This document shows, in pieces, positions 39,901 through 51,900 of a DNA stretch of 64,000 nt. Origin of the DNA: Podarcis cretensis. Its lineage: Eukaryota. The stretch covers positions 29,884,001-29,948,000 of the forward strand of contig OX638153.1 of assembly GCA_951804945.1 (NCBI GenBank), in the 5' to 3' direction. Made by a program: the position numbers and the translations under genes. Within the stretch, counting starts at the first letter, position 1. Each line of letters begins with the position of its first letter. Below the pieces are notes generated by a model. It worked only from the letters and a program-made list of their open reading frames with translations, ran no database searches and was not told the origin of the DNA.

Positions 39901-42900
39901 TGCTGCAGGGAACTGTGGATTGCCCAGTTGATGAGAGTAACCTCTATCTGTTGTTCATGTTGTAGTTTATGGCATTGCCCTCTCACAGTGCTTAATGAGG
40001 CAATCATTGTGGAGTTATAGCAACAGAAATAATAGATTGTTGATGATTTGAGGGCCAGTTCAGACTACTTGGCAATTATTTGTGGCCCTTTCCCCCCATC
40101 TTGTGTGTTCTTCTGAACAACTGTAATGCTTGAGGGCAAGCTGCATGTCTCTGCATGCTTACTGGTTAGCAGTGACTCTCCAGCATGTAGTCACTGCCTG
40201 ATTACGTGCAGTTGCTTCCCTATCAGATATTGAGAAGTGTTAAGCAGGGGGCGTGTGATGGACAAACAGCTTCAAAATGAGGACTGGCCTTCAGAATAAA
40301 CACCAAGAGCAGTATTTTGTTGAAATGGACACTGATTTACACCCCACATTGCTGGAAACTGAATGGTTGAGTCAAAATCTTCCAGCCTGTTAATATTTTC
40401 TGAGTAATGTAGGTTTAAAGCATTCAATCAATATAATGTTCTCTTGAACCATTTTGTTCAGAATTGTGTCCCTCCCCTTGAATTCTGTTAAAGTGAAACT
40501 AGCTGCATATCCCAGTATGATGAGGCTTGCATTGAGGAAGAAAAATTCATCATCTTGCCTATATAATTTGAAGAGTTAAATGAATGCATCCCATTGGATT
40601 AAATATGAGAAACCTTATGTTGCTTATACCTATTGTTATTAGCTGATTGTTGGATTGCGGGGGCCACTAGGGGGCGCATTGGAAGATGGCCGACAATACC
40701 ATCTCTCCGACCCACATGGGGTAATTAAGAGGCTGTTATGGGAGTAGGCAGCCTCCCTTGTTGCCCCAAGGAAATGGGGAACACTGCCCTTGCCTGCTGT
40801 GCCCATAAATCACCCCCTAATTCGAAAGAAGGGGGTGAGGGCCCTAGGCAGAATGTCCCCGTGTGGACCTCGGCTCTCCTGGACGCTGTCTCTGATCGCG
40901 CACTAGTTGCAGCAATTTGGAATAACTAATTACAAAAGAAGCAAATGCACATATTTCAAGTGAAGAAGGTGAGTGAAGTCTGCTAATTTAAGTGACCTCT
41001 GCGAAAGAAGACGACGGGTTGGAGAAACAGGAATATTTTACGATGAAGATACACCAAAGGCTGGATATGTTGACAACGACGGGACTGAATGGGGGGGAGG
41101 AACCTTTTTTACTTTCCTTCTATGTGATTTACAAGAAACCCTCCTCATTAGAATCGTTGGTTGAACTGACCCAAGCAGGATGATTAAGGTCTGTGTGGAG
41201 ATAAACTTTAACCAAAAGTATGCTTTATGAAGATCGAGAAGCAGTAAGAGCATTTGGGAATGGTGCAGCAATTAATTCAGAGTCGCCATCTTGCCAAAGG
41301 ATTTATAGCCGGGAGGAAGAAAGGACTTGTTTTCAGACTGCATTCCTAGTGAATCTCCTCAGAGGTTTTGAGAAAGGATGCAGATTGGTGAAGATTAATG
41401 ACGCTAAGACTGTTTTGATGTATGGAAGTGATGTTATATGGAAAACGTCTGGTTTCACAGCCTCAGCCAGCTACTGGATAAAAAAAAAAATCCACGCAGG
41501 ATTACAAACTGTTCTAACCAGCTTGCGGAGATTATCAGAGGTCACCAAGAGAAAGGAAAAATATATGAAAATAACAACAAGAGATGTGGAAAAACAGTAA
41601 GAAAGGACTGGACAGTACTGTGAACATCATAAGATTAGATTTGTGGACATTAAAACAGCAGTAAGAAGCAAGAAGTTGATTAGATCCCCTTCGAAACTTG
41701 AAATATGGGTACCCCCAACAAAAATTTAAAATTCGGCTGTGTAATTTGGAATTTATGTAATTTGGTTTGATTTGATGTGATTGGTCGGTTAATAAAAAAT
41801 TATTCTTAAAAAAGATTGTTGGATTGCTGCCACATTCATTTCTGCAAAACAAATGAGCAAATGTTCTATGCTATTAAAAAAGCATGAAAACGGATAGTCC
41901 AACAAATAAGCTACATTTTTGTGTTATAATTTGCTTACTGATATGAAATTCTTAAGAACTTGTGGGATTTTTTCCCCCTCCTAGCTGGTTTGCTACAGCC
42001 CCCTGTTCGAATAGTTTCACAGCCTCAGCCAGCACGGAGATTAGATCCACCACCCAGATTTTCCGGGCGAAATGACAGAGGAGACCCCATGGCTAACAGA
42101 AAAGATGACAGAAGGTGTGATACAAAAATTCCTCTCAATTTTCTGTACATATTACAGACAGGAAATAATTTAAGTATTTGAAGTTTGAATGTAAGTACTG
42201 TTCAGTTTTGTTAATGATGATTTCAGAATGGAAGTTTTGTATGTTTTGATGTTTGTTGCTATTGGTTCTAGAGTTATAGGCATGTGAGCTCTGTGTTCAT
42301 AATGGTAGACGCTAAAACAAGACATTTATATTTCACACATGGTTAAGTCGTGAAAGGGAGCGTGAGAGACGTAGGTCACGGGAAAGATCACCCCAGAGAA
42401 AACGCTCTAGAGAAAGATCACCTCGGCGAGAGAGGGAACGATCACCCCGAAGACCCCGACGTGTTGTACCCCGTTACACGGTCCAGTTTTCCAAGTTCTC
42501 ATTAGACTGGTATGTTATCTTGGTGTGAAATTGTGATTTCATATTTTTCTGTGGAAGGTATCTTACTGCTATAAAAGAAGGATGCATTAAATAAACCCAA
42601 GAGATTGAAACATAGCTTCATTTTTGTTGACTTTAAAGTTACTTAATGTAACTCAGTTTTACTTGAATGTTGTTCTTTCTCCACCCACCTCCATCCACTG
42701 TAGACAGAATATTTTGTGTAAATTAAGGAGATGTGCTTTTTAAACTTTCAGCTACACAATGACCCTCTTTGTATTACACATTTTTACAACCGTGTGGGGT
42801 GGCTGTGGACATTGTACAGGAATTTTGGAGCCAGATATGTTTCAAAGTGGAGAGCTGAAACAGTTTACCTGGCAATAAAGCATTAGCTAATCTGTAAGAT

Positions 42901-45900
42901 GTTGCAAGTTGGGTGCAGAATTCAGTGCTTTCAGAATCTCTTTAATTTGAAAGAACATGTTTCTAACCCTTGAAGGGGTGAACAAAGGCTTGAAAATGTG
43001 AATGCAGTATTTTCATGACTGGTATAGACTATAGAATTTTGAGAAATCTATGGTACCTTATTATATGATACATTAAGGGTATACACCTTAATAGTGTACT
43101 TTCAGATTATCATGATAAAACAGGGAGTTTCTGCCCAACCTGTCTGTACCTCGGCTAAAGCCTGATCAGGGCTGGACTGTAGTGATTTCCATTTACTCTG
43201 ACAGTTGCCTAACTGTTCAACAGCTTCTGGAGAAGCAACTTACCCTAAAAACAAAAAATGGTGTTGGTTGGGTTTATTTGTTTGTTTGTTGACTGATTAA
43301 AACATTTTTTTAATATTTCTGATACTTGATAAAAGTTTAATGGCTATGACAAAAAGTACCGTAGCTTCCACAAAGGGCTGAACCAAAGTTTTGTGAGTCT
43401 TGATTTTTGTTTCAAAATTTGCATGTTCTGTTTCAGAGAACGTTTCAACAAGCAAAAATTTTTTTTAAAAAATTGCCCAAAATAACGTTACTGTATTTTT
43501 CTTCCAAGATGATGACACTAATGGCTCTGAGCTGCTTTTCAGTAATGTCAAAAGTAGAAGCAAAACTATAAAAAGAGTGTTTGAGCTCAGTTCTCATTCT
43601 GCATCTTGCTACTAATTTGCTTTTAAGCCCCAGCTCTTTTTATTGTTGTAAAATATATTTTCTTACTGTTTAAAGCCTTAGCTGTGATATGATGGAACTG
43701 AGACGGCGATATCAGAACTTGTACATCCCAAGTGACTTCTTTGATGCTCAGTTTACATGGGTGGATGCATTTCCTATGTCAAGACCATTTCAGCTAGGAA
43801 ACTACTGCAATTTCTATGTAATGCATAGAGAGGTAGATCCTTTGGATAAAAACACTTCTGTACTGGATCCACCAGATGCCGATCATCTTTACAGTGCAAA
43901 GGTATGCCCAACAACCGAAATCATTCCTGCTTGCATAGAAATGTTTGGAAATGCTTCTTTGAAGGGATTCCCATTGTCTTCTGTGCATAGGTTTTCAGTG
44001 ATGTTACCTTTGTCGCAAATCTTGACTGAACAGTAAGTTCAGTTGGATCAGATTCGGTTTCAACTCTTTTATTCCAGAGTGGGTGACATCTTTCCATGGA
44101 TTCTTTAGTTGGGCCCTTGGTTCATGTTGTGTGTGCATAAAAGATTGCAACGAACTGTATGTAGCAATTCAAGAAGCTTTGGATCTGCAGGCTACTTGCT
44201 AATTTAGACAAGTCTTATTTTGTGCTTTGGGCATGTTAGAAATTTAAAATCAAGTGATGATTTCATTGAGATTTTTGGATATTTAACCCTTCAAAACAGG
44301 TGTATCTTTTTTTGACTTTATGCATTATTCTAGACCTATTGAGTTTAGCAGTTAAGTGTAAGATACCAAGCTTTGAATCATAGCTTCGTTACGTTGTCTT
44401 GTCTTGTCTTTTTTTTTTTTTTGTCATATTACTTTAACAGGTGATGCTCATGGCCAGTCCTAGCATGGAAGATCTCTATCACAAATCATGTGCTCTTGCT
44501 GAAGATCCACAAGAGCTCCGGGATGGTTTTCAACATCCCGCTAGACTCATAAAGGTAAAAATATGCATTTCTAGCAAACAAACATAAACTTAGAAATTTT
44601 GCTGGAAAATTGATGCAGGTACAAGCTTTCCACATAGTTTTCTTTATGTTGGGGACATAGAATCCCTATATGGACACAAATAATTACTTTTGAAATGTGT
44701 TTTATATATTATTCTTACAGGAGGCCCCCTGTAGTCTCCCATCCAAATTATTAACATGGTTTGCATGTTTCTTGCTCTCAGCACTGCTGAAGCATGTGGT
44801 CTTGCAAACCATTCACAGGACTAGTTTCATTTTTAAAAATGGGCTTAGATCTGTTGCATTGGAGAAAGCCCTTTCCTTGTGCATGAGCAGGAGGAGAGAA
44901 GGTTCTCGCCAATTCCCCCTGCTCCCAAACTGCTCTGGATCTTCCGTGAGACTTTGTTCACACAACAGAATCTTTAGATCCAAGCTAGTCCGGTGTTTTT
45001 TGCGTCTTGAAAGCAAATAACATCACCTTGCGAGAAATGGGGGGGCGGGTTTCCCATAGACACCATGAAACCATCAGTATAATCCTATGCATATTTACTG
45101 TGAAGCAAGTTCTCCTTTTCTCCATTGGAACCTACTTCCAAGAAAATACCTTCTTATGTTTCTGTCTAAAATACTTTTAAACTCTTAAGGTTATGTCACT
45201 GAACAATTCTATAAGCCCCTGATTTTACAGTACAGAATATTATTTTAATCTGTTGTTTAAAGCATTTTTATATGATGACAGACTGTTCCGAAGTCTTGCA
45301 GAATGAATGAGTAATGATGTTTAAACCTATTCCATTACTGAAATGCAATGTGGAAAAACGAAACTGAACTCATTCTTGAGTAAGACTTAGGCTGCAAAAC
45401 TGTATTCACTTATCTGGGATTATGCCCATGGTAGTCATGTATAGAATTGTGCTGTCATTCTTGCAGATTAGGGATAACTGCTTGTGATGGCATGTAAACT
45501 GACAAACAGGTATGTGTAATTTTAATGGGTTGTATCCAATGCAGAATGGACTTCATCACTCTCCAGGGTTTTGGGAGACTGTAGGGCAGGCTTCCTTAAC
45601 TTCAGCCCTCCGGATGTTTTGAGACTACAGTTCCCATCATCCCTGACCACTGGTCCTTCTAGCTAGGGATGATGGGAGTTGTAGGCCAAAAACATCTGGA
45701 GGGCCAAGGTTGAGAAAGCCTGCTGTAGGGCATTCAGAAGAAGAAAGTGGAATCCAGTCGGAAATCATTGCAGCATAGGATTCTACCCTTTTTTTGCAGT
45801 TTGGATAATCTTTTTTTTCTTGGAAGGAAAGTGCTAAGTAGCCTTTTCTTCTCTAGTTTTTAGTGGGTATGAAAGGTAAAGATGAAGCCATGGCTATTGG

Positions 45901-48900
45901 TGGACACTGGTCTCCTTCACTGGATGGACCTGAGCCGGAGAAGGACCCATCTGTGCTGATTAAAACTGCCATCCGTTGTTGCAGGGCTCTAACAGGGATT
46001 GATTTAAGTGTATGCACACAATGGTAAGTACTACATTCTTAAAAACATTTTGATGAAATAGCAGCATGCTTAAAATCCTCATGGAAATGATTTGGGCAAA
46101 ATCAACCACTTCTTTATCAGCAGCTGGTAGTAGCTGTGCAGGCAAACTACTCAAAGTGATATCCTAGTTGACAACGCAAATGTGATTTTGGTGCCAAAAG
46201 GTTTGAAGAACAATGCACTTTAAATAATGTGTTTGTATTTGTTGTTTGAACTTTGCAATGCTTGTATGTTAAAATATTCTTTCATTTCACGCATAGCTGG
46301 AGGAGATCGCCAAGGAAACTTCATTTCATTATTCTCGTGTTTATAAATAATTAGATGTTTGGGGCAGCCATATTTTCTCTTGGTCAATTTACTACTTGTG
46401 TTAATCAGCTGTCGATCGCTTTGTGAATGAGCACCTTCCAACAATAAATACAAAAAAAGAGTTCAACTTTTATCTTTTATTTCCTCCCGAGTCAGATGAA
46501 ATGGCACATTTTAGTGCCAAGTGCAAAAACAATTGCCTTCAGCTTTTTTAGTATTAAATTTATTCCCTAGCAGATGTCTTATGATGCGTTGTACACAAGT
46601 TTTTCAAAGAGAACATATGGCTTTCATATTTTTTTTCTTTAGAAAAAATTCAGGTTGTCGCAGCAAAGTTGCTTTACTTGATGTGCTACAGTGATCTAGG
46701 CTCTGTAANNNNNNNNNNNNNNNNNNNNNNNNNNNNNNNNNNNNNNNNNNNNNNNNNNNNNNNNNNNNNNNNNNNNNNNNNNNNNNNNNNNNNNNNNNNN
46801 NNNNNNNNNNNNNNNNNNNNNNNNNNNNNNNNNNNNNNNNNNNNNNNNNNNNNNNNNNNNNNNNNNNNNNNNNNNNNNNNNNNNNNNNNNNNNNNNNNNN
46901 NNNNNNNNNNNNNNNNNNNNNNNNNNNNNNNNNNNNNNNNNNNNNNNNNNNNNNNNNNNNNNNNNNNNNNNNNNNNNNNNNNNNNNNNNNNNNNNNNNNN
47001 NNNNNNNNGGCGCAGGAACACAGGCACAAAATGCACACCACATGCTACACCGCAAACATACCTAGGAGGAACATAATTGGTAACAATGACTGGTAAACCA
47101 GCTTTCAGCAGTGTAGAACTTACTTGTGTTTAATTACAGCTAGTGTACCAACTTAAGTGTATACTGATGCAACAAGTGGAATTTAAGCTGTGCGCTCCAT
47201 GCACAAATCTTTGTAATCTTAGAACTAGTTGCTGGAATCTGGGACCAGTTATTGAGTTAAGATTTCAGTTTTAAAAGTTGTGTTAAGCATTTTGCCGTTC
47301 TACCAAAAAACAAAAAACTTTTATTTTTTCTCCCATGTGTTAGCCTTTTAAAAAATAATATTAATAATGGTATTTTGAAATAGGCAAGACATTGAAATAA
47401 CATAGCTGAAAAGAATCTTATCTGGCTGATTGGCAACTTGGTAAATGTAAAAAGGTCTAACAAAATGAGGAGTATTTTGGGTGGTTTGAAAATTGGGGGA
47501 TATCATACACTGTGTGGTTGGTGGTGACCAGCAGTGTCTGTGTGTCCCCGATGATCTTTGTGTTGTTGTTCTTTATCACCCTTTTGTGTTTCACAGAGAT
47601 GGCTCTTATTGGCTGATGAGAGAGGCACTGTTATAAACTAGTAGAATGTGTGTATGTGGCTTTGTTGAAATGGTAACTTTAGGAGAAGACTGTCTGATGA
47701 AACAGTTGTGGCCTTGCCCAGGTCAGCTGCAGAATTTAAGAAAGAATCATATTCATTTTGAAGCTTTCTGAAGGATGATGACTTTATTTCATTTTTTAGG
47801 ATGAAGAGGAGAAGGATGATGGGGAAGCAAAAGAGATTTCTACTCCTACTCATTGGTCCAAACTTGACCCAAAGGCAATGAAGGTAACCATAGCTGAAGA
47901 CTTCAGGATGTTTGTATTACATTACAAAGTCTAGTAAATATTGCAGTATTGTTTCTTTTCTGAAGGTAGTGCAGTTATTGAGAATTTGTGTTGCTTTGAT
48001 CTTTTTAAATGAGTGAAATCTTTGAAAATCACTGATACACATTATATTGGGGCAAATGTATCATGAATTTTAAAAAAATGAAGCTTTGTGATTTTTGCCA
48101 AGTTTTGCTTGCCTTATATTTCAGTAATTTGAGATGTGCTTGTCTCTGAATAGGTTTGATTATATAAATACTAAATTGTGAATTGAATGCTCACTGTAAT
48201 ATTTATCAACTAGGTTAATGACTTGCGCAAAGAATTAGAAAGCCGAACTCTTAGCTCAAAGGGCTTGAAATCCCAGCTGATAGCCCGACTAACAAAGCAA
48301 CTCAAAGTGGAAGAGCAGAAGGAAGAACAGAAAGAATTGGAGAAGTCTGAAAAGGAAGATGAAGAGGAGGAAGAGAGGAAATCTGAAGATGACAAAGAGG
48401 TAGAAGTCTAGTGGATTTACAGTCATACCTCGGGTTGAATGTGCTTCAGGTTGAGCGCTTTCGGGTTGCGCTCCGTGGCAAGCCGGAAGTAATGGAGCGT
48501 GTTATTTCCAGGTTTCGCCACTCACACATGCGCAGATGCTCAAAATGATGTCACACGCATGCGCGGAAGCGGCAAAACGCGACCCATGCACGCGCAGATG
48601 CGCCGTCGCATCATACGTTCCATTCAGGATGTGAATGGGGCTCCGGAATGGATCCCATTCACATCCCGAGGTACCACTGTACTTAGGTAGAAAATGTTCA
48701 CTAGTAAATGTTTAGTTCATTATTAAGCTGAACTTCAGATGTGTTTATGTGTGATAGGAAGATCTTCATAATGAGAGTTAGGACTGATCTTATGCATGCA
48801 TACTGTAGTTGTGGGGGGCTGCTTTCTCATAACTTCTTGCCATACCAATCCAAAAGCTACAGGGTTTTGTCTCCAGTGTTACCTAGCCCCTGAGGAAAGG

Positions 48901-51900
48901 TGGTGGTAGCATGGGAAGGAGCTGCTAAGCCATTTATGTCTTCATCTCTATTTATATGTGCATCTTCCTTGTTGCAATAAACATTGCTAGTGCTAAGAAC
49001 ACAAAATAACAGGGCTTGTTAAGTTACATTAGAGTTAAATAAATTTCCAGCCACAACGTAGTGCTGGTTAGGCCTTTGCTTGGTAGATAAGAAGTATGCT
49101 CTCCTTTTCCTCAAATGCTGGTTACATCATCTCTCATCTCCTTATTCTTAGGTGTCTTAGGGTAAGAGAAATTGACCCGATGATCTTGATCACTGAGTGA
49201 AAATTTGAACCTGGGTCTCGCCAGTCACTCCCACACTAGGCTGACTCTCCAGGTTCTGTCATGGAGTGTCCCAGCTAGCATGCATATAACATTCACATAG
49301 GGGAAGGGAATAGAAGTGTCCAGTAAACAACTGAGTATGTGGCTCTCCCCACTCCCCCTGCCTTTTCACCCTCCTCAAGAAGTAAATATTTGAAGTTCAT
49401 ACTCTGATGTCTCCACTCCAAATTCCTTTTTTCAAATCTTTAGGAAGAAGAAAGGAAACGCTTAGAGGAAGTGGAACGCCAACGTCGAGAGAGGCGATAC
49501 ATCTTGCCTGATGAGCCAGCAATCATTGTGCATCCTAACTGGGCAGCCAAAAGCGGAAAGTTTGACTGCAGTATTATGTCTCTTAGTGTTCTTCTGGATT
49601 ACAGGCTGGAGGATAACAAAGAGCATTCTTTTGAGGTCATCTCTTCACTTAACTTTCTCCCCTCACTATTTCTGAATAACTACTTGCGTGATCACCCTTC
49701 TGATCACACGGCATTGGATACAATGAATTAAGGTGCCCCTGTTCTCTTAAGAGTGCAGCCTTTCTGGCTTCAAGCTTTTGATTTTATGCCCCCATCTTGG
49801 TTCTGCAATGAGACAGGGCCAGCTCAATTACTTACGTCAGATTAAGAAAAAAGGACACTGTTTACCAGCAGTACAGCTGTGAAACCTCCATTCATTTGAA
49901 TTGGATTTGCACCAAGCTAGACTTCTGTGCTCCTGTTACAGTAAATAAATTATGACAATTGTATGCCTCTCTTCTACTGTAGCCTGGCACCATACATGCA
50001 GTGGCTTAGTGATCTTCAAGTGGGGGCCTACTTTATAAGAAAGTTGAACTTTGCCATGGAATCAGGGGATATAGTTGGGCAACTCCATATTTTGTAACTT
50101 CAGCCTGCCTTTCTGTAAAATGAGGATACGGTGAATTTTCTCACTAGAATTTTGTTTAAGCAAAAGAAAAGATTGTAAACCTGCAGAATTTCAAGAACAA
50201 GGTTGATTTTTTATTTCTGCATTCTTTTAATGAACAGGGATTTTGATATTACTGCTTGTATTGAAGTTGAATATTATGTAACTGTTTTCTCAGGTGTTAA
50301 TCACTTCTAGCAAAACCAGCAAAAAGCCTTGTGGCATGTTAAAGATTAATCTATTATGGCATGAGTTTTCATGGACAGTAGTCCATTTTTTCAGATGTAT
50401 AAAGTGTTATCCTGCGTTGTAGGTATATTGAGGGTGGGGCATAGTACAAAGTGAGGTAGAAGGAAATGAAATGTACGAAAGTACAAGCAGAGTTAATTAC
50501 GTTTTAACAAAAATAATGTGAGTGTACTGTTTGTAATTCTGTTTCGGTGCTTTGTTAATTCTAGTTTGTTGCTTCCTGTGCAGGTTTCATTATTTGCTGA
50601 ACTTTTCAATGAAATGCTTCAAAGGGACTTTGGTGTCCGAATATACAGATCCCTCTTGTCGCTTCCAGATAAGGAAGATAAAAAAGATAAAAAGAACAAA
50701 AAAGATGAGAAGAAAGAGAAAAAGGAAGAGCGAGATGATGAAAATGATGACCCAAAGCCTAAAAGAAGAAAATCTGGAGATGAGAGAGAAAGAAAAGATG
50801 AGAGGGATGACAGGAAGGTTAGTGGCCATTAGAAGAAAGAACTAATCAGCTGATAAATTAAGAATGGTTTGTGAAGGATGGGCTTGTTACTACATTTCAT
50901 CAGTTTTAATTTTATTTCTCATGCTGGTTAATTTTATCAGATCTTGCCTGATAGGAATTCTATAACTGATTTCCTCCCCTTACAAGGAGCTCAAATTGTT
51001 ATATAAAAAAAATAAATCCTACCCTACCCCAGACAATGACAACAACTGGAGCACTGCTTCAGCTTAATAATTTTCTGATTGTTGGTTCACTCTTCAGGGC
51101 AAATAGGAAATACAGAAACTTCAGCAATATCATCCGTTTTCACGTCCTCTTGCTAGGGGAGTGGGATTGAATCCCAGATCTCTGTGATTTGTTTTAGAGC
51201 CTTTTGCACCAAGGGTGAGATCCAGTGTTTTATGAATGGACTCCCCCTTCCTCTCCTCTCTGTGCACTCCAGAATCTGCTCCAGAGGGCTGAGACTTCTT
51301 CTAGAGTGGATTTAGAGATATACAAGGGAGAACAGGGTAGAGGAGAAGGGATAGTCACATTACACAAGCAGAAACGGATTACCCAGTCGGGCAGACACAG
51401 TTGGATATCGCCCCCAATTTGTGTGGTTTGAAGGTTTTTAAATTACTGCTGCCAGTTGTTGGATTGTGTTAATATTTATGAACTAATTACAGAGAGAAGA
51501 TAAGAGGAAGGATGATGCTAAAGATGAAGATGAAATGGAAGATGACAATAACCAGGAAGAATACGATCCAATGGAAGCAGAGGATGCTGAAGATGAAGAT
51601 GATGGTATATGGGGATGATTACTCTAATTAAAAGGTGGCAGGTGCAGACAAAGGCAAAACTGTAGAGCCCTCAGTTATGTGTGTTGATTTACACTAGTGA
51701 ATTTGCAGTGAGTAACAGACTGTGTAGGGACGCAGGTGGCGCTGTGGGTTAAAGCCTCAGCGCCTAGGGCTTGCCGATCGAAAGGTCGGCGGTTCGAATC
51801 CCTGCGGCGGGGTGCGCTCCCGCTGCTCGGTCCCAGCGCCTGCCAACCTAGCAGTTCGAAAGCACCTCTGGGTGCAAGTAGATAAATAGGGACCGCTTAC

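Noticed and set aside
42214-44330. Additional RTGATGA C-box-like motifs in CCAR1 introns (42214, 43509, 44254)
   Set aside because: No properly spaced D box with terminal stem or rRNA guide.
34954-47076. ORFs containing long X runs
   Set aside because: Artefacts of the two N gaps.
47690-47760. CTGATGA as a hammerhead core
   Set aside because: No helix II followed by GAAA in the required arrangement.
46024-47799. CCAR1 as a frameshifted pseudogene
   Set aside because: All visible exons are intact and a 300-N gap sits where the missing exon should be.
51727-51810. tRNA-like sequence with GGTTCGAATCC
   Set aside because: It is the tRNA-derived head of a SINE, not a tRNA gene; likewise the 5S-like pieces are not rRNA genes.
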